Below, piece after piece: positions 44,617 through 54,548 of a stretch of 64,000 nt of DNA. Made by a program: the position numbers and the translations under genes. Within the stretch, counting starts at the first letter, position 1; every line of letters begins with the position of its first letter. The DNA is from a virus (Duplodnaviria; Caudoviricetes), in IMG/VR virus record IMGVR_UViG_3300044541_000063, positions 11,819-75,818 of that record; one strand, 5' to 3'. Below the pieces are notes generated by a model that did not search any database, was not told the origin of the DNA, and saw only the letters and a list, made by a program, of their open reading frames with translations.

Positions 44617-45011
44617 TGACGGTCGACGTCCCGACGCCGGCAGACCTCAAGGCGAAGCTGCCGTACTTCGCCGGCGTCGACGACACCGTGATGGCTGACA
44701 CCATCACGGAGGCCGGCCGCAGCGTCGACGACTCGTGGATCGTCGGGGACCAGAAGAACGCGATCATGTACTTGGCCGCGCATCTGCTGTTCGTCCTCGG
44801 CGCCACTAGCACGGGCGGCGCTCCCCCCGGTGGCGTGGGTGGGAGCGGTGTGGTGCAGAGCCAGAGTATCGGCGACGCCAGCGTGAGCTTCGCCGTCAAC
44901 TCGTACATGAAGGGCAGCGGCGACCTTCAGGACGACTACCGCTCCACGATCTGGGGTCGGCAGTATCTCAGGCTTCTGAGACTCAACCAGCCAGCGGTGG
45001 GAATCGTCTGA
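44616..45011 (+). CDS. Head-tail adaptor (DUF4054-like)
   Basis: YLAAHLL..SQSIGDASVSF..STIWGRQY. Confidence 0.8.
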   Translation: MTVDVPTPADLKAKLPYFAGVDDTVMADTITEAGRSVDDSWIVGDQKNAIMYLAAHLLFVLGATSTGGAPPGGVGGSGVVQSQSIGDASVSFAVNSYMKGSGDLQDDYRSTIWGRQYLRLLRLNQPAVGIV

Positions 45012-45361
45012 TGGCGCTTCCCCTCGCCTTTCCCTGGCTCCTGAACCAGACGCTGACGTACTGGGCACCGGGCAGCAGCCCGAACGGTTTCGGTGGCGTG
45101 TCGTTCGCCGCGCCGGTTCTCGTCAGGTGCCGCTGGCAGAACAAGCATCAGTTGATGCGGCGTCCTGACGGCGAGGAGTTCTCGTCCATCGCGATCGTCT
45201 ATCCAGCCATCGAGCTGAGGGAGAAAGGCTACGTCGCGCTCGGTAGTTTCCTGGCGACGGTTAATCCAAAGACTCTGACGGACGTGGCGTTCGAGGTGCG
45301 GCAGGCTGACACGTCGCCGTCGGTGGCCGGCGACATGCAGATGAACAAGGTATTCGTCTGA
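45011..45361 (+). CDS. Head-closure (stopper) protein
   Basis: TYWAP..NGFGG..PVLVRCRWQ; position. Confidence 0.7.
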   Translation: MALPLAFPWLLNQTLTYWAPGSSPNGFGGVSFAAPVLVRCRWQNKHQLMRRPDGEEFSSIAIVYPAIELREKGYVALGSFLATVNPKTLTDVAFEVRQADTSPSVAGDMQMNKVFV

Positions 45362-45832
45362 ATGTTTCCGCTCATAGTCGTACGCTACACTCTACGCACG
45401 GCGTTCGCTCTGGTGCGCCCGGTCATGATCGGGTCGACGCATCTGATGAGCGACAACGCCGAGGAGGAGGTCGTCGGCTCGCTGCGCGAGTTGTGCCAGA
45501 AGATTCAGAGAAACTCCGATCAGCGCGTTCCGGTCGAGTACGGCAACCTGCGAGCCTCGTCGTTCCTGGAGCAGGACATCAAGCCTGGGCACGGCGGCGC
45601 GTTCGAGGTGGGATACACGTCCAGCTACGCCGTCTACGTGCACGAGAACCTCGAGATGAAGTGGGAGGGCATGCCGCGCCGCAGCGGCATCGGCGTGTAC
45701 TGGGGACCGCACGGCGAGAACAAGTTCCTCGAGAAGGCGTTCCACGAGGAGACCGAGAAGCTGCACATGGAGGAGATCTTGCGCAAGTTCTTCAAGAGTG
45801 GCGGCGTCGAGTTCAAGTTTGGTGGCAGATGA
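45362..45832 (+). CDS. Neck protein, HK97 gp10-like
   Basis: VPVEYGNLRAS, YAVYVHE, KFLEKA; start uncertain. Confidence 0.75.
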   Translation: MFPLIVVRYTLRTAFALVRPVMIGSTHLMSDNAEEEVVGSLRELCQKIQRNSDQRVPVEYGNLRASSFLEQDIKPGHGGAFEVGYTSSYAVYVHENLEMKWEGMPRRSGIGVYWGPHGENKFLEKAFHEETEKLHMEEILRKFFKSGGVEFKFGGR

Positions 45833-46215
45833 AGTCGCCCGCGCACGACCTCGCCATCTACCTCGCCGCGCACGGTGTCGGAACGTTCCCAGGAACGATC
45901 TCGGTGCACGCCGAGCCGGCTGCGCCCGACAACGTCGTCACGCTGTACGACACGGGCGGGCTAGAGCCGGACACCGATCAGCTCGACCTCATGCGACCCA
46001 CGTTTCAGGTTCGCGTGCGAAACATGGATCCAGCGGCCGGCTACGTCAAGCAGGAGCAGATTCGTGATCTACTGATGCTGCCGGGCCGCGTGGTGACGGC
46101 AGACTCCACGTTCGTGATGATCACTCCGTCGTCCGACATCGCGAGTCTCGGCAGAGACGACAACGACAGGTTTCTCACCACGCTCAACTACAGTGCAATT
46201 CGAGAGAGGAGCTAG
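45829..46215 (+). CDS. Tail terminator/minor capsid protein
   Basis: YDTGG..RPTFQVRVR..LGRDDNDR; position. Confidence 0.75.
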   Translation: MKSPAHDLAIYLAAHGVGTFPGTISVHAEPAAPDNVVTLYDTGGLEPDTDQLDLMRPTFQVRVRNMDPAAGYVKQEQIRDLLMLPGRVVTADSTFVMITPSSDIASLGRDDNDRFLTTLNYSAIRERS

Positions 46216-46218
46216 AAC

Positions 46219-46608
46219 ATGCCAGCCGCAGCAGGCCGACAAGTATTGCTCACCTGGGGCGGCACGCCGCTCCTCGGAGTTCGCGAGAAGGGCGTCACCC
46301 TGAATGGTGAGCCGATCAATGTCACCTCGGACGAGGACAGTGGGTGGCGCACCCTGATTCCCGACGTGCCGAACGAGGACGCGGTGGAGGTCAAGCTGTC
46401 TGGCGTCTCCAAGGACGATCGCCTGAAGACAGACTGGTTCGCGCGCACGCGCACGCGCGCGGCCGTGTTCACCTATCCGAACGGTGCCACTATCAGCGGA
46501 ACGTTCATGATCGGCTCGTTTTCGGAGGGAATTCCGTACAATAACGCGTTGACCTTCGAGACGACGCTGCTGTCGCACGGAGTCGTGACCTTCACGCCGG
46601 GCTCGTAA
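46219..46608 (+). CDS. Major tail tube protein (TP901-1/GTA-like)
   Basis: INVTSDEDSGWRTL..ISGTFMI..TFETTLLSHG. Confidence 0.85.
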   Translation: MPAAAGRQVLLTWGGTPLLGVREKGVTLNGEPINVTSDEDSGWRTLIPDVPNEDAVEVKLSGVSKDDRLKTDWFARTRTRAAVFTYPNGATISGTFMIGSFSEGIPYNNALTFETTLLSHGVVTFTPGS

Positions 46609-46649
46609 GAGTTCGGTATCTTCAACCCAGTCCTCACAGGAGATTCATC

Positions 46650-47069
46650 GTGGTAGACCTCGCAGTAACCGCCAACAACGTCAAGCCGGGGACGACCGGG
46701 GCAAGAACGACAGAGACACTGGTCGCCAAGGAGATCATCACGGCAGGACAGTACGTGGCGAAGGACCCGTCGGACGGCAAGGTCGGACTCGCCGACGCCA
46801 ACTCGCCGACCGGCTGGAAGAAGGACCCGATCGGAGTCGCGCTCAACGGCGCTCAGGTCGATCAACCGGTTCAGGTGCACAAGTCCGGGAAGTACGTGTG
46901 CGGCGGCGCCGTCACGGCCGGCAGCGTGTGGATGCTCAGCGCCACGCCGGGCGCCATCTGTCCGGTGGCCGACATCACGACCGGCATCGACGCGGTCTTC
47001 ATCGGTATCGGCACGTCGGTCACCGAGATCGTGGTCAACATCGTCGACGTTGGAGCCACGGTGCCGTAA
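46650..47069 (+). CDS. Decoration-like virion protein
   Basis: EIITAGQYV..GVALNGA..YMLS-like pattern (DUF2190-like fold). Confidence 0.6.
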   Translation: MVDLAVTANNVKPGTTGARTTETLVAKEIITAGQYVAKDPSDGKVGLADANSPTGWKKDPIGVALNGAQVDQPVQVHKSGKYVCGGAVTAGSVWMLSATPGAICPVADITTGIDAVFIGIGTSVTEIVVNIVDVGATVP

Positions 47070-47521
47070 TGGCAAAGCGCGTCTTCGAAGACATCACGCT
47101 GACTTGGAAAGGGGCGAAGTACGTCGTTCCAAGTCAGCACGTGATGAGGGCCATCGCGCGTATCGAGGACCACATCACTCTCCAGGAGTTGATGGAGGGC
47201 ATGTCGCAAAGGCGTCCGAAGTTCTCGAAGATCGCCAGCGCGTTCGCCTCCGTGCTCAGGTTCGCCGGCTGCGCGGTCGAGGACGAGGAGGTCTACGACG
47301 GCCTCTTGTCGGGAGCCGACGAGGAGAGTCCAGAGGGAATCAGCGTGATAGCGCAGGCTCTCACTGGACTGCTGAACATGATGATGCCCCCTAAGTCGAT
47401 GCAGAAGCTGTCGGCCGTGGAGGTCGGCAAGAAGGGGGAATCAAGGAGACGGTCGCCGTCCCCAAAGGCCGCGGCGAATTCGTCTCTGAAGCCTACAAAG
47501 TTAGCCACAGCTGGGGACTGA
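47069..47521 (+). CDS. Tail assembly chaperone (gpG-like)
   Basis: TAATG coupling; immediately upstream of the tape measure gene. Confidence 0.8.
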   Translation: MAKRVFEDITLTWKGAKYVVPSQHVMRAIARIEDHITLQELMEGMSQRRPKFSKIASAFASVLRFAGCAVEDEEVYDGLLSGADEESPEGISVIAQALTGLLNMMMPPKSMQKLSAVEVGKKGESRRRSPSPKAAANSSLKPTKLATAGD

Positions 47522-47691
47522 GGCCCGGAGAGTTCTGGAACCTGCACCCGAAGGAGTTCTGGTGGCTAGCCGACTTCCACCGCAAGAAGAACTCCGCGGA
47601 GCGCAACGACTACGCGGGAATGACTGAGGACGAGGTAGAGAAGATCTACCGAGAGGCATACGGACCGGAGCCATTCGAAGATGCCGACTAA
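47434..47691 (+). CDS. -1 frameshift extension of the tail assembly chaperone (gpT-like)
   Basis: Slippery heptamer G GGG GAA at 47434-47440; -1 frame reads ..GEFVSEAYKVSHSWGLRPGEFWNLHPKEFWWL..AD* with no start codon of its own. Confidence 0.75.
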   Translation, partial: GGIKETVAVPKGRGEFVSEAYKVSHSWGLRPGEFWNLHPKEFWWLADFHRKKNSAERNDYAGMTEDEVEKIYREAYGPEPFEDAD

Positions 47692-49582
47692 CGTAGGACA
47701 ACTGGTGGTGAGCGTCAGTGGTGACGTGTCGCAGCTGCGCACCGCTCTCAGCAGCGCCGAGGACGCGCTGAACAAGTTCAGTGGCGTGGCGTCGCGCGTC
47801 ACTGAGCTGTCAGAACTGTCGTCGTCTGCCGACACCACGGTCGCCTCGCTGCAGGCCGTGGAGTTTGCCGCGTCGAGCACCGGGCTGTCGCTCGCCGACC
47901 TCGGCAAGAAGGCCGGGGAGTTCAACAAGAACATCGAGGACGAGGCGAAGGGCGTCGGGAAGGGACTCAAGGAGCTGAAGCTGACCTTCAAGGACCTTGC
48001 CGACCTCAACTTCGACGAGCGCCTAGTCAAGATCGCCGAGCAGTTCAAGGCGCTTGGCAAGGACCTCGGCGACCAGAAGGACATTCTCGAGAAGCTGGGA
48101 CTCGGCGAGAAGGACTACCTGATCATAACTCAAGATGGCGGCGAGATCATCAAGAAGGCGCAGGAGGAGATAGTCAAGTACGGGATAGCGCTCGACAGCG
48201 TCGACGCGCACGCGGCGGCTCAGGCGCACCGCGAACTCGACGAGGTGATGAAGCGCTTCACGCTCACCGGCAAGGGACTCTGGGACCAGATAGCCGTGGT
48301 GGCCGCGCCGGCGTTCGATCTGCTGACCAGGGCACTGCTGGGAACTGGCACTCAGTTCAATCTCACCGAGGGCGCCGTCATCTCTCTGACGCGCTCGCTC
48401 CTGGGTGGACTCGACAGCATGGAGATGGCGTTTCAGCACTTCCTCGGCGAGACGGTGAAGAACAGCACTGCCCTGACGTACATCTTCTTTCTGCTAGACT
48501 CGGCGATGAAGATTTCTCAGAACAACATCGACGGCATCAGCTGGACGAAGTTCAGGCAGGGACTCGAGGACATCGGCAACAAGGTGGAGCAGGGTGTCGG
48601 CTTCGGAGACCTCGGCAACAATCTGAAGAAGTTCGACGAGTATCTGGTGGCGCTGAAGGAGAGAGGAGAGAAGGCCGCCGAGACGCGCGGCAACATCGAC
48701 AAGGCGTACATCGAGGGCGAGAAGGGGATGACCGACGAGCAGAAGAAAGCGCTCGAGGCCCGCTTCGCCGCGATACAGCAGTACGCCGACTACGAGTTCA
48801 GCGCGCGCAAGGACGCCTTCGAGAAGCGGCAGAAGCAGCTCGACGACGAGAAGTTCCTGGAGATCAAGACGGCGACCGAGATCGCCGACCTGAAGTCGAA
48901 ACTCCAGGAGAAGTTCGACAACGAGAGCCAGAAGATGCTGTTCGACCGGCTCACCTCGTACTACGCCACCGAGTTGGAGATAATCGCCGCTCAGGAGCTG
49001 AAGAAGCTGCTGCTGCTCGAGGACGCGCAGAAGGCCGGCATCGTCAACGAGCAGACCTACAACGACATGAAGGCGAAGATCAACGCCGCGGCTAACCTGA
49101 AGATGCTGCAGGAGACCGCCAGAATGTACTCGGCGCTGGCCAACGTCGTCGACACGGCGATGGGTCAGATCTCGGCACTCGTGGACAGCGAGGGCAAGAA
49201 GCAGTTCACAATCTTCAAGGCCATCTCAGTCGCCACTGCTCTGGTCAAGGGCTTCGAGGCCGTCGTCAGCGCGTTCGCTGCTGGCAACAAGGTGGGCGGT
49301 CCCCCGGTCGGCTTCGCCTTTGCCGCCATAGCAGCGGCCGGCGTGGCGGCGCAGATAGCGAAGCTCGTGTCGACCAACGTAGGATCCAGCGACACGGTAA
49401 CAGCGCCGTCCGCGTCCGACAGCGGTGCGTCTGCGGCAGCTGCGCCGCTGCCGAACGCCGGCAACACGCTGACCGTTGAGGGCATCAACGCGGCGTCATT
49501 CTTCTCCGGCGAGCAGATACGCACGATCGCCGACAAGCTTCTGCAGTTTCAGCGCGACGGTGGCACGGTGATACTCCGATGA
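47681..49582 (+). CDS. Tape measure protein (633 aa)
   Basis: LVVSVSGDVSQL N-terminus; long helical Ala/Leu/Lys-rich sequence. Confidence 0.88.
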   Translation: MPTNVGQLVVSVSGDVSQLRTALSSAEDALNKFSGVASRVTELSELSSSADTTVASLQAVEFAASSTGLSLADLGKKAGEFNKNIEDEAKGVGKGLKELKLTFKDLADLNFDERLVKIAEQFKALGKDLGDQKDILEKLGLGEKDYLIITQDGGEIIKKAQEEIVKYGIALDSVDAHAAAQAHRELDEVMKRFTLTGKGLWDQIAVVAAPAFDLLTRALLGTGTQFNLTEGAVISLTRSLLGGLDSMEMAFQHFLGETVKNSTALTYIFFLLDSAMKISQNNIDGISWTKFRQGLEDIGNKVEQGVGFGDLGNNLKKFDEYLVALKERGEKAAETRGNIDKAYIEGEKGMTDEQKKALEARFAAIQQYADYEFSARKDAFEKRQKQLDDEKFLEIKTATEIADLKSKLQEKFDNESQKMLFDRLTSYYATELEIIAAQELKKLLLLEDAQKAGIVNEQTYNDMKAKINAAANLKMLQETARMYSALANVVDTAMGQISALVDSEGKKQFTIFKAISVATALVKGFEAVVSAFAAGNKVGGPPVGFAFAAIAAAGVAAQIAKLVSTNVGSSDTVTAPSASDSGASAAAAPLPNAGNTLTVEGINAASFFSGEQIRTIADKLLQFQRDGGTVILR

Positions 49583-51054
49583 TCGTCATATCTGACGCAC
49601 TCGTTCTGGCGCCCGGAAGTGCCGACCTCAACGCGCCCGTGGTCGGATGGCAGACTGCGCTGTTCGCTTCCAACGTGACGGCGTCTTTCGCAGACGTGAA
49701 TTTTCCGATCACCAACGTGGCGAACCCGTCGACCTATCTCAAGTGGAAGTCGACGTCGACTCTGATACAGCACGTCACGGTGTCGTTTCCTGCGCCGCTG
49801 GACGCGGACTACTTCGCGATAGCCGGGCACAACTTCGGAAGCGGGCAGGTCGCTGCGAAGGTCGAAGGAGCGGTCACCATCGACACTCAGCAGATGGTCA
49901 TGCTGCACTTCGAGGGCGCAGACGCGGCGACGGCGACTGTTGACAGTAACGCGGGCGGCAGCGCGCACACCTGGACTCCGCACGGCAATGCTCAGCTGGA
50001 CACGGCCGACAAGCAGTTCGGTATCTCGTCGGGGCTGTTCGACGGAACCGGAGACTTCTGGGACACGCCAGACCACGCCGATTTCACGCTCGGCTCTGGT
50101 AACTGGACGATAGACTTCTGGTTCAAGTGTGTGGCCACCACGGGTAGCTTCGAGCGGCTGGCTGGGCAGATGGACGGCGCCGATACCAGTACGCTGTCGG
50201 CGTGGAACTGCTTGCGCCTGAACGACAACAGAATGTTCTTCTCGGTCTTCGTCGCAGGCGTGCAGACCAGTGTCACCAGCGTCAGGACGTTTACGAACCT
50301 GATCAATCCCGGCTGGCATCACATGGCAGTCGTTCGCAGCGGCAACTTGCTGCTGCTGTTCATAGACGGTGTCCTGGAGGCGTCGTCTGCGCTCACCGGC
50401 ACGATCAACAACTCGGCAGCGAACCTCGCCGTCGGCGGCTACGGCAGCATTCCTGGCGACTGGAATGGCTGGCTCGACGAGTTCAGGATGGTCGTCGGTC
50501 GCGCCGAGTGGACTGCCAACTTCACGCCGGACGGCGCGCCGTACGACACGTTCTTGTGGCAGACGGTGGGCGACGAGCAGCTGGCGGCAGACGACACGCC
50601 GATGATGTGGCGTTTCGCGCCCGGCACGTTCGTGGCGCTGCGCTTGACCATGGACCCGACGTCGGTGTTTCCGGAGATAGCCGTGGCGTACGCGGGCGAG
50701 TTGCTCGAGCTCGAGCGCCGCATCTATGTCGGGCACCGCGTGCTGAAGTACAACAGAAAGACGAACGTGGTGACGGGCTTCTCGGACGACGCCACGTTTC
50801 TTGGACGCATCGTGCTGGGGAAGGTGACCGAGAGCTCGCTGAGTCTGCAGAATATCACGGCGTCGTTCTACAGAACGGATATAGACCCGTGGCTGTCGGA
50901 CGCGGTTCAGCGGCCATTCTTCTTCGCGTGGCGGCCGACGAGCTATCCTGAGGAGGTGGGATTCTGCTGGCTGACCGGTGACGCCACGATGTCGAATCAG
51001 AGGGCGAACGGCATGGTGCAAGCCACCGCTAACTTGCGGGGCATCGTTCAGTGA
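49579..51054 (+). CDS. Distal tail protein with an inserted LamG/concanavalin-A-like domain
   Basis: Follows the tape measure gene; LHFEG..FDGTGD..WTIDFW..WHHMAVVR..FIDG..LDEFR. Confidence 0.75.
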   Translation: MIVISDALVLAPGSADLNAPVVGWQTALFASNVTASFADVNFPITNVANPSTYLKWKSTSTLIQHVTVSFPAPLDADYFAIAGHNFGSGQVAAKVEGAVTIDTQQMVMLHFEGADAATATVDSNAGGSAHTWTPHGNAQLDTADKQFGISSGLFDGTGDFWDTPDHADFTLGSGNWTIDFWFKCVATTGSFERLAGQMDGADTSTLSAWNCLRLNDNRMFFSVFVAGVQTSVTSVRTFTNLINPGWHHMAVVRSGNLLLLFIDGVLEASSALTGTINNSAANLAVGGYGSIPGDWNGWLDEFRMVVGRAEWTANFTPDGAPYDTFLWQTVGDEQLAADDTPMMWRFAPGTFVALRLTMDPTSVFPEIAVAYAGELLELERRIYVGHRVLKYNRKTNVVTGFSDDATFLGRIVLGKVTESSLSLQNITASFYRTDIDPWLSDAVQRPFFFAWRPTSYPEEVGFCWLTGDATMSNQRANGMVQATANLRGIVQ

Positions 51055-54000
51055 GCGACGAGGTCACCGGCAAGTCGCTCACCTACCTGGAGGTCGACCT
51101 CGACGTCTACCGGGCCACGATCTTCGAGAACGAGCCGATTGCGGCTGGACCACCACTCAACTGGACGGTTCAGTGGAGTCCAGTCACGACGATCTCGGTC
51201 GTGTCGGAGAGCTCGATGCCGTCGGGCAAGGCGGTTCGCATTCAGAAGTCCGCCGGCAACGACCGCTCCTCGATCGTCTGGAATGTCGCGAGTCCTGTTC
51301 GCGACGTCTCGGCGGTGGGTCTGTTTCGCTCGCGTGCCACAGCCCTGACGAACATGGGCATCGTGCTTCGCGCGTCTGGCGGGGACTCTACGGAGAATGC
51401 CTACTGGTGCAGGTTCGTCGGCGGCACCGGAGTTCAGATACTCAAGTTGGCTGCTGGCTCGGCTGCTGGCTTGGCCCTGGAGAACTTCGCGCACACTCTA
51501 CTCGAGAATTTGTGGCTGCGCTTCGACGCTTTGAATGTTACCGGCGGCGTGCTGCTGCGGGCGAAGGCGTGGCGCGGTGAGATTGACGACGAGCCGGAGG
51601 ACTTCGTAGTGTCCTTCACCGAGACGACGACCGTGCTCGCTGCCGGCAACGTCGGCCTGATAGCCACGCTCGGCGACACGCCGGACTTCGACGTGGGCTT
51701 CTTTCGCTTCAGGAGCCTGTTCAGCAACACGACAGAGACCGTGCGCTACGTCAAGTCCGTGGACTACGCGCCCGACAGCATCGACGCGATTCCGTCGCTG
51801 CTCGAGGTTCAGATATCACCGGGCGCCATCTCTCTTGGAGAGAACCTCGGCGAGCGGTCGTCTCTGTCGGCCGCGTTCAGGGATCACAAGCATGCCGACC
51901 TCGGGGAGATGTACGACCGGGGGACATACTGGGGTAAGTTTCGCGCGCGCCAGCTGTTCAGGCGCGGAGAGAACATACGGGTTCTGCGAGGATTTCTCGG
52001 CGACGCACTGGCAGACATGGAGGCGCGACACTACGTGCTCGACGCCTTCGACGGTCCCACGCCGAGCGGCGCGTTTCAGTTCACCGGCAAGGACCCTCTC
52101 AAGCTCGCCGACAACGACCGCGCGCTGGCACCGGCGCCGAGCCAGGGCGCACTCATCGCCAACGTGCTGGCCGCTGCGACGTCGTTCTCGCTCACGCCGG
52201 GCGGCATCGGTTCCACGTACCCGACGAGCGGCTACGTCGCCGTGGGCGGCAAGGAGGTGATGGCGTTTCAGCGCGGCGGCAACGACGCGTTCACTAAGGC
52301 GATGCTGCACCTGGACGGCGCCGACACCTCGAATGTCTTTACCGACACCAATGCGGGCGGCTCCGCGAAGACGTGGACGCAGCAGGGCAACGCGCAGATC
52401 GACACGGCCGACTTCAAGTTCAGCGGTTCGTCGGCACTGTTCGACGGAACCGGCGACGCCATTCAAACGCCAGACGATGCCGACTTCTCGCTCGGCACCT
52501 CGGACTTCACCATCGACTGCTGGTTCAAGGTCAACGTCGGGTCCGACGCGTCGTTCAGGTTCATCTGCGGGCAGGCCAATCCCGGCGCTACCATCCGCTC
52601 GTGGATGGTCTTTCGCAACACCACTGACAGAATGGAGGCCAACTTCTGGTCTGGCGGCGCGTTCTCCTTCAACATGAACAGCGTCTCGCAGTACACCGAC
52701 GTCATCAATCCTGGGTGGCACCACATCGCAGTCGTGCGCCACGGCACGTCCGTCCTGATGTTCATCGACGGCATCCTGGAGGGTAGCACGACCTCGGCGG
52801 CAGCTGTCGACGACATAGCGTTCGCCGCCGCGGTCGGAGCGCTCGGACAGGCGTCTGGCACTTGGCAGGGATGGATCGACGAGTTCAGGTTCAGCGTCGG
52901 CGTGGCGCGCTGGACGGCCAACTTCATTCCCCCGCCCGCGCCGTTCACCAACTCGGACAATACTCTCGGCGTGGTGCGCGCCCAGTTCGGCACCACGGCC
53001 ATAGACCATACCGCCGAGGACCGTGTTCAGCTCTGCCTGTACTACGTCGGCATGTCGCCGGCAGACATCATCAGTGATCTGCTGATAACGTACGCCGGCG
53101 TCGATCCCGCGATGGTTCCGTTGGCCACGTGGCAGAACGAGGTCGACACGTTCCTGGACAGGCTGTACACGAAGCTCATCGCGGACCCTGAGGGCGTGCA
53201 GGACTTGATCTCGCGGCTCATTCAGCAGGCCGGTCTCGCCATGTGGTGGGACTCCGTGACTCAGCTGATACGGCTGCAGGTTCTGCGCGGCGTTGCCACG
53301 GACGCGTTCCTCTACGACCAGAGTAACGTGCTGTCTGGCACGATATCGGTTAGCGAGCAGCCAGACAAGCGCGTGACGCAGGTGTGGACCTACTACGGCG
53401 TGCGCAATCCAACGGAGCCGCTCGATCAGCCGAACAACTTTCGCAGCGGTCTGGTGACCGTCGAGCTGGAGGCGGAGCTCCAGAACGGTGGGGCCGTCAT
53501 CAACGTGATCTACGCCGACTGGATACCGGCGTTCGGGCAGACCACGGCGCAGCGCGTCAACGACCTGCAGATCGGTCGCTTCGTCACGCCACCGCGCAAG
53601 GTGGCGTTCTCGGTCATGCGCGGTAGCGGCGTGCTCGAGCCGGAGCTCGGCGGTGGCTATCGCCTGAACTACTGGGGAGCGCAGACTGAGTACGGCTCGG
53701 AGGCGCAGATACCTCTGCAGATTACTCGACTGACGCCGATGGCAGACCAGATCAGGGTCGAGGGCGAGGAGATGCTGTTCACGCAGCAGTCGGCCGCTGA
53801 CCTGATCAACAGAGTGATCCTGTTCGACAGCGACTCGATCAACGTGAACCTGAGAAGCGTGCACGACAGCATCTACCCGGTGCTGACTGCCCAAGACGTG
53901 ATAGACGGAGTCACTCTCGTCGTCACCGTCGGCGTTGGCGTGACCATAGGCTCGAGCGGTACGGCGGCGTCCTTCGACGTCAGCAGCGGATGGCCGGTCG

Positions 54001-54536
54001 GAATGCCGATCCTGATACAGAACAGGGGAGTCATCGCCGGCAAGGGCGGCGACGGTGGCCGCGGTCACACTCAGACGGGGCCGTTCGGCGGTATTCCAGC
54101 CACCGCGGGCACTCTCGCGTTCTTGACAACCTTCCCAATCAGCCTCGACAATCTGGGCGGCGTCATCGGTGGCGGCGCTGGCGGCGGCGGCAGCGGCGGG
54201 TCGCACAATTTCGGCAACGACGACGACTTCCCGGGCGGTGGCGGCGGTGGTGGTGCGGGCGCTCCTCCCGGTGCTGGCGGCCTTCGAGGAGCCCTGGACC
54301 AGTCGTTCAATACCGACGGCGAGCCGGGCACGTTGCTGCTCGGCGGACTGGGCGGCGACGGGTTCGGGTTCGGCACTCAGAACGACGGCGGCAACGGCGG
54401 CAATCTCGGAGCCGCCGGTTCCCCGGGCGACGGCAACGTGGGAGCGCCGCAGGGAGCCGCCGGTGTCGCCATCAACGGCATCAGCCACATCACCGTGATC
54501 AACGCCGGCACGGTCTCGGGCGCGCAGATCAACTAG
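51051..54536 (+). CDS. Tail tip/hub protein with LamG domain and Gly-rich C-terminus
   Basis: 1161 aa; second LamG insert; GKDPLKLAD; Gly-rich end. Confidence 0.8.
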   Translation: MSDEVTGKSLTYLEVDLDVYRATIFENEPIAAGPPLNWTVQWSPVTTISVVSESSMPSGKAVRIQKSAGNDRSSIVWNVASPVRDVSAVGLFRSRATALTNMGIVLRASGGDSTENAYWCRFVGGTGVQILKLAAGSAAGLALENFAHTLLENLWLRFDALNVTGGVLLRAKAWRGEIDDEPEDFVVSFTETTTVLAAGNVGLIATLGDTPDFDVGFFRFRSLFSNTTETVRYVKSVDYAPDSIDAIPSLLEVQISPGAISLGENLGERSSLSAAFRDHKHADLGEMYDRGTYWGKFRARQLFRRGENIRVLRGFLGDALADMEARHYVLDAFDGPTPSGAFQFTGKDPLKLADNDRALAPAPSQGALIANVLAAATSFSLTPGGIGSTYPTSGYVAVGGKEVMAFQRGGNDAFTKAMLHLDGADTSNVFTDTNAGGSAKTWTQQGNAQIDTADFKFSGSSALFDGTGDAIQTPDDADFSLGTSDFTIDCWFKVNVGSDASFRFICGQANPGATIRSWMVFRNTTDRMEANFWSGGAFSFNMNSVSQYTDVINPGWHHIAVVRHGTSVLMFIDGILEGSTTSAAAVDDIAFAAAVGALGQASGTWQGWIDEFRFSVGVARWTANFIPPPAPFTNSDNTLGVVRAQFGTTAIDHTAEDRVQLCLYYVGMSPADIISDLLITYAGVDPAMVPLATWQNEVDTFLDRLYTKLIADPEGVQDLISRLIQQAGLAMWWDSVTQLIRLQVLRGVATDAFLYDQSNVLSGTISVSEQPDKRVTQVWTYYGVRNPTEPLDQPNNFRSGLVTVELEAELQNGGAVINVIYADWIPAFGQTTAQRVNDLQIGRFVTPPRKVAFSVMRGSGVLEPELGGGYRLNYWGAQTEYGSEAQIPLQITRLTPMADQIRVEGEEMLFTQQSAADLINRVILFDSDSINVNLRSVHDSIYPVLTAQDVIDGVTLVVTVGVGVTIGSSGTAASFDVSSGWPVGMPILIQNRGVIAGKGGDGGRGHTQTGPFGGIPATAGTLAFLTTFPISLDNLGGVIGGGAGGGGSGGSHNFGNDDDFPGGGGGGGAGAPPGAGGLRGALDQSFNTDGEPGTLLLGGLGGDGFGFGTQNDGGNGGNLGAAGSPGDGNVGAPQGAAGVAINGISHITVINAGTVSGAQIN

Positions 54537-54548
54537 AAGGTAACGCAG

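Noticed and set aside
54040-54480. Gly-rich GGC repeats that might be collagen or a microsatellite
   Set aside because: No G-X-Y periodicity; a common Gly-rich C-terminus of tail-tip proteins
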